From Antedon mediterranea (Eukaryota > Animalia > Echinodermata), in NCBI RefSeq assembly GCF_964355755.1, contig NC_092677.1, positions 26,771,175 through 26,835,174 of the forward strand: 64,000 nucleotides of DNA, read 5' to 3'. This document shows positions 11,188 through 25,820 of the stretch, one piece after another. Within the stretch, counting starts at the first letter, position 1, and every line of letters begins with the position of its first letter. The notes beneath the pieces are model-generated. The model saw only the letters and a program-made list of their open reading frames with translations, was not told the origin of the DNA and ran no database searches. Position numbers and translations under genes: made by a program.

Positions 11188-13752
11188 TATCCTAATCATC
11201 GATTAGAGTATAGATATATACTAGTACTACATAAGAATTATTATCGATGGTCATACATTTCACTGGACCAATAGATTATACTGCATATTCCACATCATGT
11301 TTTCTCATCTGTTATTTCAATGTTTATTATGTTATTTGTTTTATGATTTCCATATCTTGATGAATTAAAATAAAGATATAAAATAAATTAAATAGGGAAA
11401 TAGGCTTTAAAAATAATTGGGTTTAAAGTCTGTCAAACAGGACCTATTAACAAACCGGATATTCTCTCCATTGCGATATCTTTATAACTCGATTCGCTAA
11501 GGTGTTTGTATAAAAGCAGTACAAAAAGAGACAATTAATCTTCTATTTTAGATTTTGCCATTGTTTTGTCTTGGTTGCATTCAGTTTTTTTTATAATGAT
11601 GGTTAGCTATCGTTATTGAGGTACACGGTGGTCAATACAAAGGAATAGCTTCTATAATAGCTTCTTTTGACTATGTCCTTTAAAGCTAGATACAGATCTC
11701 ATTTCTTTTCATAACATTTAACTTCCAGTTTATATTTTTTATTGTTATTATTATTTTTAATTGTATAAGTAATTTTAAATTTAAAAATTCAAAAATTTAA
11801 AAATTTGTATCCGTTTTTGTCGACAGGACCACAATGTAAAACAAGTATATTTCTACTTGATTGTGTATAATCCTGTATAAATATGTTGTTAAAATAAATA
11901 AATAAATAATCATAGTATTGAAACTTGAAATCAGCAATCTTTTTTTTATATTGAGAATTCCTAACGCCTTTAACAGATAGTTGCCATCATCCATCATTAT
12001 AAAGACTAAACAAAGACTTTGTTGAAAAAAAACTTTATAAAAACAGTTAAGATAATGTATATTTAAATTCACTGAAAAATATTAAATGGAGCCGCCTATC
12101 AAGTTATGTTTAACTATTGGTGGCGCAGTCATTGGCTCTGACGTTAGAGTTGTGTTGGAGTCAAATATCTTACAGCCAATGTAAACATTTTGTTTTTAAA
12201 ATTCTAAATTATATTATAGAAAAGTAAAATAACTAATGGAATTAATATTACTACTGACGGCAGCAGTCTTTATAAGAACAATTCAGAATGCCAATTGTCG
12301 TATTCGATTAGGACGTTTACCGTTGAGTAGGCCTATAGTTTTTCCCGTTAAGTAGGCCTACTAATTTAACGGAGTATTTTTAGCGTGCGTAAGTAAGTAG
12401 TAAGTTTTCTATTCGAATGATTTTCTTTTGAGCACAATCCGTTTACAATTTACAATTCGAATACAAAAGTACTCAACGAATCTTTATGTTGGCAACGAAC
12501 CCAAACGAAAAGTAAGATGTGTCAAAATTAGCGCCCTCTATTTTGCGACACAGCTCGTAAGTGTACGAATGAAAATTAGTATTGGCATTTGAAAAGCGAT
12601 TAGGCCCAGTAAGATGAACCCGTCACCACAGCATACATACAGAGGGCATGCTAAAGCCTGTGTGGTCGCAGCGGTTTGTGTAGGCTTACAGGACGATTGT
12701 CCTAATGTTCTAAGTAAATCTAATCAGGTCGTCCAGACTTAGCTGCATGCTCGGCCTTGCTCACTAGGCTTGTCGTGCGGCGCAATTAATTAAATATCTC
12801 AGCTAGAATAGTTGTGATTTAGGCTCCTGTTGATAGGTAGATGTTATAATTGTAAAAAGAATAAGGAGAAAAATTATCGTTTGTCTGTGAATTGTTATTA
12901 CCACAGTTTAATGAAAGAATAGAGATGTTGCTTCTAAACAAATTATCATGGCGGGAAGTGAAGAGACTCAATGCGTTTGGTTCTTACTTTGAAACGCAAC
13001 GCAAGGGCGTACGTGTAACGCAAATGAGTTGACCAATCACAATCGACGGTTCGGGTGATCCATTGTGTCGTGATTGGTCCGAATTACCTGCGTTGAGCTT
13101 GCGTTGGGTCCTAGAACTACCTAAAATTAAATTACAATTTTCATAAAATGTTGTTAAAATACGATAAATTTGGTTATTGATAAAATTGATAGAGAATTAT
13201 ATTTTGATTGTTGGTTTTACACAATAAACTAAACTATAATATGTATAAGAGTAGATTCTAAATCACTTGCTATGCATTTAGGCCTAGGTAAGGAACGTTC
13301 CTCGACTGAGATGAAATGTAAAAACCCCCTTCCCGATTTCTCGTTAACACATTATTATTTTACATTATTTTGCCGAGGAAAGCTAAAATAACTGATATCG
13401 GCCCGGTAATTAAACACATTTAAAGTACGTGTAACTGCACTTAACATGTTTTTCTACCCGTCTTATACCACCGTGATCTTAAAGACTGTATCTTTGCATA
13501 CCGCCATGAAGCACTTCAGATACCTCGGCGATCTTTACAGTATTTGTGTTCAATTTCATGTAGCAATTGACGATTGTTATGACAAGGTAGTGAATGGTTT
13601 ATCAGCTGTTATGTAGCAGTGGACTCGGTATCAATATTCATAGTTCTGTTGACATGAATTCTTCGCGTATGTTATATCATGAATATATGTATAATTTAAA
13701 AATGAATTTGGTCATTCTATTCTATGAAAATAGCACGTGACTGGCGGCAATA

Positions 13753-13946
13753 TTTATTTCGTGACGTACACCGTCAATACGCGTGCGTCCGTTTATTTCG
13801 TGACGTACAGACACTTCGATACGCGCACATCCATTTAATTCGTGACGACGTCGCGTACAGACACTTCGATACGCGCGCGCCCGTTTATTTCGTGACGTAC
13901 AGACACTTCAATACGCGCGCGTCCGTTTATTTTGTGACGTTTATTT
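13753..13946. repeat. CpG-rich minisatellite, about 42 bp x 5
   Basis: Unit approximately TTTATTTCGTGACGTACAGACACTTCGATACGCGCGCGTCCG. Confidence 0.8.
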
Positions 13947-15355
13947 TCCATTGCAAGTTTACAACATGCACTGAAAACTCGAAATAATGACAGAATATTT
14001 CTGTAACTACTTATTTATTATTGTAATATTGAAATATAGATGTTTGGAATGATGTTACAAGATCTAATTAAGTTTTAAAATATTTGAAAATGTCGAAAAC
14101 ATATTCTTACCATCCGCATGACGTATACACGGACTTCTAACGCATAATTAAGTAGATCTCTTTTCTATTAAAAAAATGTCCAATTAGCGACTATTTCCAA
14201 TTAAAATCTACATTTTTACTGAGTTTCAAATGAATACCAGTTGTAAGTACGTACTGGCTCTAATTAAACGAATTATGATTACTGATCAAAAGTGATAAAC
14301 CAATCAAAACGTTTCGTTCCAAATACAAATCACAGCCAATCACTGGAATGTACTGACTATAAGGAGAATATGAATAAAAATAAATGAAATGGATAAAACA
14401 TGGGCTCTAATTGCTTCCGAGTGCGCAATTTGACTAAAAGATACAGAATATTTCCCTCGGGCTGGCCAACACAACTCAATGAATCTGGTACATTTATACT
14501 CGTGCCGAAATAAACATATTAGTGAATGCTCCCGTGGATACAGTACGTGATTTCTGCAAGTTAAACTTGACAATGACCGTTTCAAAGTAGGCCGCTTTGT
14601 TATTTTCGCTACTATTTCCTTCAGGCCAGCCTACGAAATACAGGTGCAGAATAACGTTTCCGATCAAGGAAAACAATACAGGATCTATTATGGTTTAAAG
14701 TATAAGATATTTTTATCTTATTTTCCTTATGGCAGTTCTGATTTCTGCTTAAAGAGTGTTTACAAAAGTAGTGTTAAATGCACTGTAATAATACATTACC
14801 GTACTATAATCGTCTGAATGCTCGGGTTAAATTCGTGTTAACAGTGTTAGAAATCGGAAACATATTACAGAGTAGTATCAGATATTTGATTATAATCAGA
14901 GTTAACATTCCAGTTATCTGCTATTGAAAGTAAACACGACGGTAGTCCTACAATCCAATGAAGGATTGGATAAAGAAATTGCAAATAATGGGTGTAATTG
15001 TTTTAAGCCGCTTAATTCTGCCATAATTTAAAAAAAAAACAAGTGCGGACATAAAAGAACAAAAACGTATACTGAATTCTTCGATGTGAACAAAACTACT
15101 CATTTTAATTACAATTGATGACCATACTATGCAATATTTAACCCTATTAAGTATCTCTTTAAGATCTCCGTGATAGATTACTTGGGAAACCACCTCCCCT
15201 CGGCATGGGTGAAGTTTAACAAAAGTCGCCGACCTAACAATAAAATCATTCATCTAGATTATTCTAATACACTTTGCAGTGCAAATCAATATTGTAGCTC
15301 ATCGTCAAAACTCAAAATCTTCGTCGTTAACGCAACGCGTCAGCTTTATCACTTA

Positions 15356-15530
15356 AGCTTGGTTCCCACTAGAACATAACGCAAGGACGTAAACGCAACG
15401 CAAGCGTTTTAACCAATGACAAGCGAAGTTATAGACAGCAATCACAAGCGAATAAGCCATCGCTTGTGATTGGTCAATTCACTTGCGTTGCGTTACGTCC
15501 TTGTGTTGCGTCGCTAGTGGGAACCACGCT
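15356..15530. mobile_element. MITE family C copy with TTA target-site duplication
   Basis: TTA|AGCTTGGTTCCCACTAG...CTAGTGGGAACCACGCT|TTA; a 3-bp TWA TSD is typical of PIF/Harbinger elements. Confidence 0.8.
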
Positions 15531-18500
15531 TTAGACGCAACGTAAGAACGTACATGCAGAAAATGTGACCAATCACAAGCGATGGATTATCAAGTAATTT
15601 GTGATTGGTCAATTCGCTTGCGTTTCGTGTACGTTCTTGAGTTAAGTTCTAGTAAGAACCAAACTTTAAGCAACAAGAGAAACAGTTTATAAACCCGAGA
15701 TTTTGTGCGCGTGCGTAAAAAGTGTCGTCAACTAAAAGCATTTTAAAGGGTAAAGGAATAGTTAAAGATGTATTATCTCACAAAAAAAAACATGAAAATG
15801 AAGATTAATAAAATAAGCCTTTAAAATAAGACAAAAGAAACGTTTAATTTTAACCAAAAACCAATATTTTTGGCTTTAAATTACATTTTTTTTCCAGGTA
15901 AATACTTGTTTTTCCGATCCACTTTTTGGTCAAAGTGAATAACTATTATGTGACATTAAAATAGGATTTCAAAAAATATATATTTTTAGGGGGACAATAC
16001 ATCTTTAAGGAAAAAAATATGTAACACTATTTTAAAGAAATGTGTATAAAAACTGTATGTACCGATTGATTTTTATATTAAACACACAATGCGAAAGACG
16101 TTGGGTAAAAGGCTACAAAATTAACATATAAAATCTATTTTGGTACTACGTTAAGAAACTAATGTAAGTCAGAAAATTTAACAATGATAAATGTTAAATT
16201 AGAAACTATGATTATGTAGGATGAGCGAATGTTGAGAGTATAATTGAGAGATGAACAAGGAGGTCAGCAGCAAGTCAGTTCCAATTACCTTCTGATCAAG
16301 ATCTCAACTGCACCAACAAACCAAACTCTACCAGAATCTAACTAATTGTTATTTTAAAATTATCTTGAAATTGGACTGAACTTCATTAGAAATTGTAATG
16401 ATAGCTTGTTTCATATCACACAAAATTGTTTCATAGTTTAAGACAAAGACTTGACCCGCATGGCATCTATAATAATTTAAGTTAATGTGAATTTTATTAA
16501 TGATTGGCTTTAAAAATGGTAGGATAGTGGATGCCAAAATGTTAGATGTGTAAGGTAGTTATATTAAAATTTGAATTAAGCAATAAATCATTATGAAATT
16601 TTAAATATCACTATTTTTAATAAACTTATGAAACACGCCGAATGTCAATTATGTAAAAAACGCAAAGAAGTTTTCTCTCCAAACAGGACAGTAAATCTAT
16701 TGAAGCTAAAATGACGTTAATTCACAAAGAAAATAACATATTAAAAACAAAAGATTTAATAATCAAATCCTCATCAGAATAAGTTTATTTACAGAACGGA
16801 GAAAAAAGGTTAATATACTAAATACGCAAATAATTTATTTGGACTTTGTACAATTAATAGACGTGACGTTATCTATTTTGAAATTGTATAAGCCTATCAT
16901 GATGAATAAGAAGAATAAAAGAGTCTTTTTCAAACTAAAACTAAACGCCTCACAATATTAACAAATAATGCGCGACGCATGGTGGGAAGGCTTTGGGAGC
17001 AAACGTCACGACGCGTACATACGTGATTTGTTGTTTGTCGTGACGTTTGCTAATAAACCCTTCCCATCATGCATTGTGCAATGACGTTCCTCGCGAAATC
17101 AAGCTATTTGCGATAAACCTTATTGAAACAAAGATTTTTTTTTTTTGCTGCTGAACCATTCTGGAAAGTTTCAAAATTCACCAGACGTGACCTCTGAACT
17201 ATAATGTTATGACATGTTATGAGCAATTATTGGACGTATCTGGTTACCAATCAACGACCAAATTCCAGCAGGCGTTATCTCTCTTATTATATCTTAAATA
17301 ATCTTACTAGATTGGTTATCAAGAGGTCGATTTCAGTGAATTATTTTAGATCAACTAAGTTAATAATAAGTACTGCTTTCATAACATCAAAAGCTATTAT
17401 TTTCACCTTCGTTACTTCAGTTCGAAAGTAATGTTTAATCATTAGATTTATCTGTAGATAACACATGTGATTTCGTGAACGAGGTTAAAATAATTTGAAA
17501 TGAAATTAGGAATATGATTATGCCTTTATTAGATACTATTTGCGCGGCCACGTAAGTTAATCGTGTTTAAGAATGTAAACCCAAGTACATTTGGCCAAGC
17601 GATCGATAGTTATTTTTTTTCTCACGCACGAAATAATGATTTAATCGATACATTCGAGAAAAATAAATGATATTTTGAAGATATAAAATTGTAAATAAAT
17701 CGTTAATATTACTTTATTTTTATGTGAGCAGACCTTTCGTGGTTTTCACGACGCGCGACATACGGATAGGCGTCTATCAAGAAAAGATCACTCTACACAT
17801 GCTCATAAGATTCTGAGCGTCGAGAAAAAGAAGTTCGCTAAATATGAGAAGCTTGTTGTTGGATTTTGTTTGTTTTGATCCTGTGCTCTTCCATTTGGAA
17901 AATTGGCAAAGATGTTATTATGCACATTAATATACACATTTTTTTTGTCAAGAAACCTATCTAAATTTTAGAATAATATAATGTTTCTTAAAATGTACAA
18001 GGCCAGATCAGAACATGTTTTTCTTACAAATGGTACACAAATAACTGCGTGTACTATGCCACAGATATTTGAATGTACTTTTGTTATAAGTATCATAAAG
18101 TTGTCATTCATGTAACTGAACACATGTCATGCAATTACTGGGTTATCAGGCTTACAATGTTAGGGCCATCGTTATGATTACCAATGAAAACCGATATTCT
18201 AAAATTGTTGTTTCAAATCGTCTACAGAATATTCGATACGTCGCGTATAAAATGATGGAAGACATGGATGACATCACTCAATTCCTTTGTGACGTCTGGA
18301 CAAAAGGTTAAAATCATATTAGCACATCGTTTCCGTTCGCTTATAAGGTTAGGCCTTCGGGGTTCGGAACCGAAGCGATTACAACAACCCCCTCGGATTA
18401 TCGTAGCGATAAGGTCCCAAAGTCCACCTGGGTAGCTCACCAATTACAACGTCTCCTACAGGGCTTGTTGTTTGCATTCTATCAGAGAGTAAGAGGACAT

Positions 18501-21079
18501 TGTTGCACACTGTCTTTAAGTCAACACAGACCCACTCCGGGGGACAACTGATCGTTAGGAAGTACAGCTACTGATGTCAAGGCCTACCTTTACCTGTCTT
18601 TATGCATTGTCACATGATGAGAAAATTGAGTAGAAACAAAATAGTTACTAAATTAGAAGAAGAATTTATCCGAGTGGCCTAATTTTACAGATTCAAATTT
18701 CCAAGTTGAAATGCGGGTTAATTTAGATGTTTTGCTGTTTGGTGTTAAGTTCGACTTGAGAAAAAAACTTTCGTTCAGCAAGATTAATCGTATGCTCTTG
18801 AACTTCAAAAGATCCAATTCTATAATTATATTCAAGTACTATTTACGAAAATAGATATTATTTTATTTAATATAAACAAAAAGTACTTTTGAAAGAAAAC
18901 TAACCAATGGTAATAAAAACAATGACTGATTTTTCCCATAATCTTACTATCTTTCTTGTTCAACACAAAATCAGTACATATGTGAAGCTATTAAAAAAGC
19001 CTTAAACTAAGAAGTTCAGAAAGGTAACGAACACAAAAACTTCGTCTTTGTTTACAAAGACAACGTTTAATTGCTGCAAACTTTAAATGTTCAAGTTTAA
19101 TTTCAATATTTCTTCAATATAAAATAATTACGTTTGGACGGTGAAACTTAACATAGGGTTAAAAAAGGATGTCCAGAAAGGTAACGGACACAAAAACTTC
19201 CGTCTGTGTTTACAAAAACAATGTTTAATTGATGCAAACTGGTGTTCTTCTCACGACAAAAATGTCTGTGATGGGGCGTGCCTTGGGCGAGGTAGAAACA
19301 AACAGATTTTTAATGAGAAATAAATGGTTGATACATAGGATTCACTGATAAGATGATATTTCCAAAGGCGTTGGTGATAATCTATCATATTTTAGCTATT
19401 TAGCAACGATATTAATGACTATTGGTGTACCCATGCCACCGGCGTAGAAAGATAACTCATAAGTAACATCCACTCTAATGAGCAAAGACAGGCGACATGT
19501 TGAAAAACACCACCTCATAATTGAAAGTGTTTGGAAGAAACAAAAATAATATATGTTTTGAAATGTGCAACTAACGTTATTATGAAGGCCAGAATTCCAA
19601 TTACAGAATATGTTTGTCACTTTCTGACGAAGATTGACAATGAGAGAAAACATTTTAGAAAAAATGTTTACAATAGTGTTAGAAATAACAGAATTGTCAT
19701 GATCATAACCATCATACTTGTAAAGTTTTAACGATTAAAGACAACGGGGGACTTTTACATTCCAACCACAAAACCCCACGATTTCTATACAAAAGTAAAT
19801 TCATGAACAATTGTTTTCTTCGATTTCTGTTCATTAATACTAGAAAACCTGTACTCTTTGATGTATAGTGACCGAGCCTTTGCAATTCCTAAACTTTGGA
19901 ACATTCTTCCTAATTCTATTCGAGAGTTACCTTCAATTGAAGTTTACACATTTTGTTGACATTTCTTATTTATTTCAATCTTTTTATTTCTAAACGTTTG
20001 GCACAATCTGCTAATTGTTAAAAGCGCTATATAATATAACATCAACAATGTAAAGTCAAGTCAAGTCAAGTATCATTTATTGTCATTTGTTTTAAGAAAA
20101 AAAAAACATAGAAATTCTGTTTGCTCTGTTGGCGGACGGAGTCTGTACAATATCCAACGGACACAACATGTACTCAAAACAAAAACATTACAAAAAGTGT
20201 CTACATGATGTTTAAGGCTCTAATAGCTCATGGAAAGGAACTATTGAGCATATTGCGTGCCGGTAAACTTAAAGATTAAAATATCTCAACTTTGACATAA
20301 ATAATAGTTATGAGTAAACAAATATCTACTTTGGTGTTCTTTTAGTCGTACCTAACGAACGTGATTCCTAAAATACACCTGTATTTTGCAGGAATTCTCA
20401 AGACCATATGTTCACAGTACACTTCCTAGTCTGTGAACACGTTCAGGCTTCCAGCTAAGAAAAGTGACACCCCACAACACATTGAAATTCTTAATCTATG
20501 ATATAATTGCTGGTCGTATTGGAATTTTTTCAGCCTGAGGGCTTTTAGATTTCGTAACAATTATTAGATTTTACTATTTTTAATAATTATTGTATTTCAT
20601 ACAATTTGTAACAATGTAAATAACACTCTGCAAGTTAAAATATATCACAAAGAATAAAACAGAAAGATTTTGAAATGGAATTTAAAAATCTAAAAAACCT
20701 GAGAAACGTAGATAAGATAAGAAACGTAGCAGAGAATGAAACGCTTGTTTGAAATGAGTGAATGAAAGAAAGAAGAGAGGGAACATGTGTGATGAATAAG
20801 ATAGCGGGTAATGGAACATCATCAACGTCTTATGGAAAAGACCAGAATTCAAAATAGACTTTCTTATACGCTTTAGAAAACTTCAAAATTCAGCAAGGTA
20901 CCGAGATTTATACTCTAAAAAGCCCCTTTAACATCATTATAAGATCATTTTTTCACCACCAAATAGTTTTATTTTTAGCACTACTTAAATTAGTGTCTGT
21001 CCGCTTACTAAACGTACCTGGTTGGTGGCGCTGTGGATGGTAACTAACTTTTTGGTCCTGCTGTGAACACCTGCATAAA

Positions 21080-21210
21080 CAAGTCATGGCAACCGAACGC
21101 GCTATCACGTGGTTACTGTGGTGTATTGAAAAGACTGCTACACTCTTAATCAGTCAAAACATTACTGCACTACGACAGAGTCTAACACGTGTCTATAAAT
21201 ATATATATTT
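21080..21210 (+). promoter_or_regulatory. Candidate Barx core promoter
   Basis: TATAAA at about 21195 and CACGTG E-box at about 21106, roughly 230-320 bp upstream of the ATG. Motif inference only. Confidence 0.35.
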
Positions 21211-21422
21211 GATAAGTATTGCTAGCCCACCAAGTTAGGGCATGGGATGTTAATTGTCATTTTTAAGTATCATTTCATCAAAGAAGGTACTGTTCTCAAG
21301 TTAAGTAAGAAGGATTCAAGTCTACTTTGAACTTTCAGAAATTTCTTCGGCTGATCTCATCTTTATCTTGGATTCGAATATACCAGAAATATACAGTAAA
21401 TATTTGCAAGTTGCCAATACTT

Positions 21423-24400
21423 ATGATAGACAGGATGTCTCTTGGTGCATTTCAGCTTTCAGGTAATCCCTTAAGACTGGGACCATCAGGACACCACCCA
21501 CTATTCTTTGGAGGATGCTCGACAAACTCTAACTCGTTCATGGCAGCAGCAGCGGCTGCAGCTGCAGCTAATGCGCAGCCTAGAAAAACTAGTTTTCTTA
21601 TTGATGATATCCTCCACCCAGCAAGTTCAAAAACACAGTTATCTCAAATACAAGCAGCACAAAACTTGAGTAAAGTTTGCATCGATCCATTTAAAATGGG
21701 AATGAACAATTTCTTTGGATCAAGTTTAGGACATTTCTACAGATTTAATGGTAAGTATACATTATGAACCGGTTATAATATTTACCATTTAAGCTATGAT
21801 CTGAAAGTTAAGATAATGCTAAACATAAATGGAAAAAGTTTTATTCAATTATTCTGGAAGTAGAAATAACATGCTTATGTCAAATTTAGAAAAAATACAT
21901 TTCTGTCAAACAAAATATACACATATTAGGACTTCGACAAAGTCAAAACTAGAGTGAGTGCTGAGTCAAAGATTCAATGACAGTAGTGACAACATCAAGA
22001 GATAACATTGTATATTTTGATTTGATTTTGATTTGATCACTTTATTTCAGAATAAATATTCCATATACACTGTACAACAAAAAATAATACAAAACCGGAA
22101 ATCAAACTAAAATAGGAATTTTTTCTGGCACCAAAACCAGACTCTGCAGCAATGTTTTCGTCAGTCAGAAGTTCTGACTGTATGATTTACTTTACTTTTA
22201 ATCGCTGCATACAGATACACAATGTGCTATAGTATTTATTTAATGATACAATAAATCTGACTGGAAGAAAATTTATATATACAAAATATCAACTATAACA
22301 AGAATATTCTATATTGCAACCAACCGTCAGTACATAATTAGTCTAGTGTACCAATACATACAACTCTCTAAACATTGGTGCTAACAAATATAACAAAACA
22401 CAAACGTTGGATAAATTAACTTACTTGGGATTTTAAGAACACAATAAAACACCGACAAAAGCTAACAATATGACAAAAAATATATAAGAGAAAATAAACA
22501 AATAAGAATTTGAAACTGAGTCTGTCAACAAACTTTTTAGAAAATTGTATTTTACACAAACTGTAGTTCCATTGCAAACAACACATAGATATACATAATT
22601 ATTATCGACTTAAGGTCTGTCTACACTATCAAACTTCATTTGACAAAATAAAATGTGATGTGCCCATAATGAACATGATGATATCATATCACTACCAAAT
22701 TTTGGCACATAACCTTTGTTTTGTCAAACAAGTTTGATAATGTATACATAGGATGAAAAAACAAAATTCTACGCATACTCAGATGGTACGCAGACTTAAT
22801 AAAAACTCCCGTGAAGAGAATAAAAATTGTTGAAGGAAATGTCATTGAATTTGGGTGGCACTTTCAACTAAAGTCAAATAGTTTGGCACATTGAGTGACC
22901 CCCGCGTATCACGACAATTGGTTTTGACACCAAATCGGTTGGTAGATTTAGCCTCCAAATACCTTTTAAATACATACCATCAGGATTTGTATGTGACAAT
23001 TATCTTTGACCCATAGTAGGGCTAATATGCCACGCGATTTCATTGAGTTAACTAATCATTTATTTATAATAATGCCGTTCGATCGCAGGGGCACGTCGAT
23101 TGGGGATACTGCGAGCAGCTTGAGGTGACGCTTTTTAGATGCTTACTTGACGGCAATCACTACAATTGCCCGTAGAAACCTCAAACGATACCTAATTAAT
23201 TACTAGAATGATAATTCAAAACGTATTTTAAACACCGGTTCTGATGAACTAACTACCGCGACAAACCCACATCAAATTGGTTCTGTCTTCTCCCATAAAA
23301 TAGCTATTCAAACGTTGACATCAGCGTAATATTAGAAGTTCAAAATTATTAAACAATTTTTTAATATGGATTGGGTTTCTTAATTGAAAACGGAAGCGTG
23401 TCTGCTTAGTATAATAATTTGATTCTAATAGCAAAAAGTCTTTCAGGAATGTTAAAGTTTAAGTACAATTACCGAATTATAAAAACTACTATTAAAACAA
23501 TTAGGAAGAAATAAGGATCGACAAACTGTCAAACAGAAAGTCTAGATACAACTTATGTGTGGTGGAATACTGTGAATATAGAAACATAGCTGATGAAACA
23601 AAGTTGGTTATAATCTGTAAATTACACACAAATTCGAATAAAAAACCTCAGGATGGAATCAGCAAATAACAAACACAAACACAAACAACGTGATACCAAG
23701 TAAAATAAAGACTTAGTTTAACAACGTGTATAACATTCTTTTTATCAAACTTATGGTACAAATTACGAAAATAGATAAAGATTTTAAACACATTGTCAAT
23801 TACAGTATAGACCAGACATTTACAATCATTAATTTAACAACTATGTGCTTGTTTAATAAGCACTAAATAAGTACTGACCACCTATAAGTTTTAATTATCA
23901 ATATTTTATTTTCCTTCTAGAAGCACTTGCACACCATCACCCCAATCCATCAGCGTCACACTTATCAGTACCCATTCCAGTACCAGTGTACCTCAGAGGT
24001 AAATCACCTAGTACCCCAGACCCATCGAAAACGAAGAAATGTCGCAGAAGTAGGACGGTCTTCACTGAACTTCAACTACTAGGACTTGAGAAACGATTTG
24101 AGAAACAGAAATACCTGTCTACACCGGATAGGTTAGAATTGGCTGAAACGTTGGGCTTGAGTCAACTACAGGTGAAAACGTGGTATCAAAATAGAAGGAT
24201 GAAATGGAAGAAACAGGTGAGACTATGAACAAATAACACAAGAAATATCTAAACTCGAAATATTATATTGACGACGTCCACTTGACAGACATGACATACT
24301 AAAAGTACTGTATGCTCAAGTTCATTTGACAAACAGTGAATACAACAACACATACAAAACTATTTAACTTATATATTGGCAACAACTCTAAATTGACACC

Positions 24401-24823
24401 GAGAACTTTTATACGACTAACTAAAAACTAGACTAGATAAAAAAGCTAGACTAGACTAGACAAGAAGCTAGACTAGACAAGACAAGAAGCTAGACTAGAC
24501 AAGACAAGAGCGCGTTAAAATATGCACATCTTTTGTACGTACATAATTCTGTCAAAACCACACATTCTGTCAATAACTAAACGCACAATTTTACAGAACG
24601 AATCCTGCTAACCTCAGTGTAATATGTTTTTTAGGTGATGCAATGCGGAAACCACGAAGCACCAACAAAACCAAAAGGTCGACCACGAAAATCCGAAATG
24701 GACGATACCATGTCATCAATAGGGTCTCCATCAAACGAATCGGTGTCATCCCAACTTCCTCCAGATTCACCCTCTTCAGAGATGTCCGATAATTTGCTTT
24801 CAGTAACGACAATTGATACATGA
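21423..24823 (+). CDS. Barx: BarH-like homeobox protein Barx, about 270 aa
   Basis: Exons 21423-21750, 23921-24216, 24635-24823. eh1 motif SFLIDDIL after a poly-Ala tract; homeodomain [57 protein letters not shown]; C-terminal Barx basic motif [10 protein letters not shown]. The start could instead be ATG 21435. Confidence 0.93.
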
Positions 24824-25686
24824 GGAAGATGTTAACGTGGGCGAAAATATTACCAGTACTAAGCAAGAGGTCGTACGTTCAAATCCCACAAGAGGAAATT
24901 TTATCATTTTGATAAAACTTTCCGTGGAAGATGATCTATGATCAAAAGAGAATTATAGGAGTGAATTCCTAATGTTAATATATAATGAATACAAAGAAAT
25001 ATAATCCAATAAATATGTCAATGTTTTTAAGAATTATAAAATTCATCCAGGTACAGTTGGTCCCTAAATGGGTGTCCATCATTTAAAAAGCTTTAAAATC
25101 TTGTTATATAATGTTTTGAACCAAAGATGCATAACTAAAATGAAGTAAAAAAGAAATCTGTTTGTGGCAATTTTTCATTTGTTTTTATTCATCACAATAA
25201 ATCCGCCAAAAATTATTTTAAAACTTTTTACATAAATCAAAATGCAACCCCGGGAAAATACTGTACTGTGGATATCAGAGACTGATATAACTAGAAGGTG
25301 CTAAGCTTTCTGAAAAGTATTTATTCTGAGACAATTTCGCTAATTCTTAGAGTCACCAAATTGTATTATTCTTTTATTTTTTAATAATTGTATATGAATA
25401 TTTCGTTACTTAAATAATAAATGTACATATTTAGATAAGTTATGATGATATTAATATTATGCGTGTTTTGAAGTTCTTAAAAGAACATGAATGTGTTTGT
25501 GCTTTTAGATGTAAGATATTAAACAATGTTAAATATATGTAAATTTTGCTGAATAAATGACAAAACCAATAAGAAAAGTTGAAGTTTAAAAAGGGTATCA
25601 TTATTTATATTCAATTTCATTAAGCGAGGCCTCTTGTTGACGATAGAAACTTGTTTCTAATTATTATAATGTAATAATAGGCCTAA

Positions 25687-25820
25687 AGCTCTGTCTACAC
25701 TATCAAATTGATGTGCCTATATATGCTGATGATGATGTCATATCACTACCATATTTGGGCATCTACTATATTTGGGCACACATTTTTTTGTCAAACTAGT
25801 TTGATAGTGTAGACAGAGCT
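25687..25820. mobile_element. MITE family A (AGCTCTGTCTACACTATCAAA TIR, TAA TSD), representative copy
   Basis: TAA|AGCTCTGTCTACACTATCAAA...TTTGATAGTGTAGACAGAGCT|TAA. At least 14 copies or fragments, near 6119, 9450, 22614, 29523, 32885, 38170, 38740, 41790, 48737, 49880, 50658, 53943, 54955, 56518 and 60955. Confidence 0.85.

Noticed and set aside
12526-12545. CTCF-like AGCGCCCTCTA motif as an insulator between MCT and Barx
   Set aside because: Only a partial match (lacks the following GTGG); a single short motif is not sufficient evidence.
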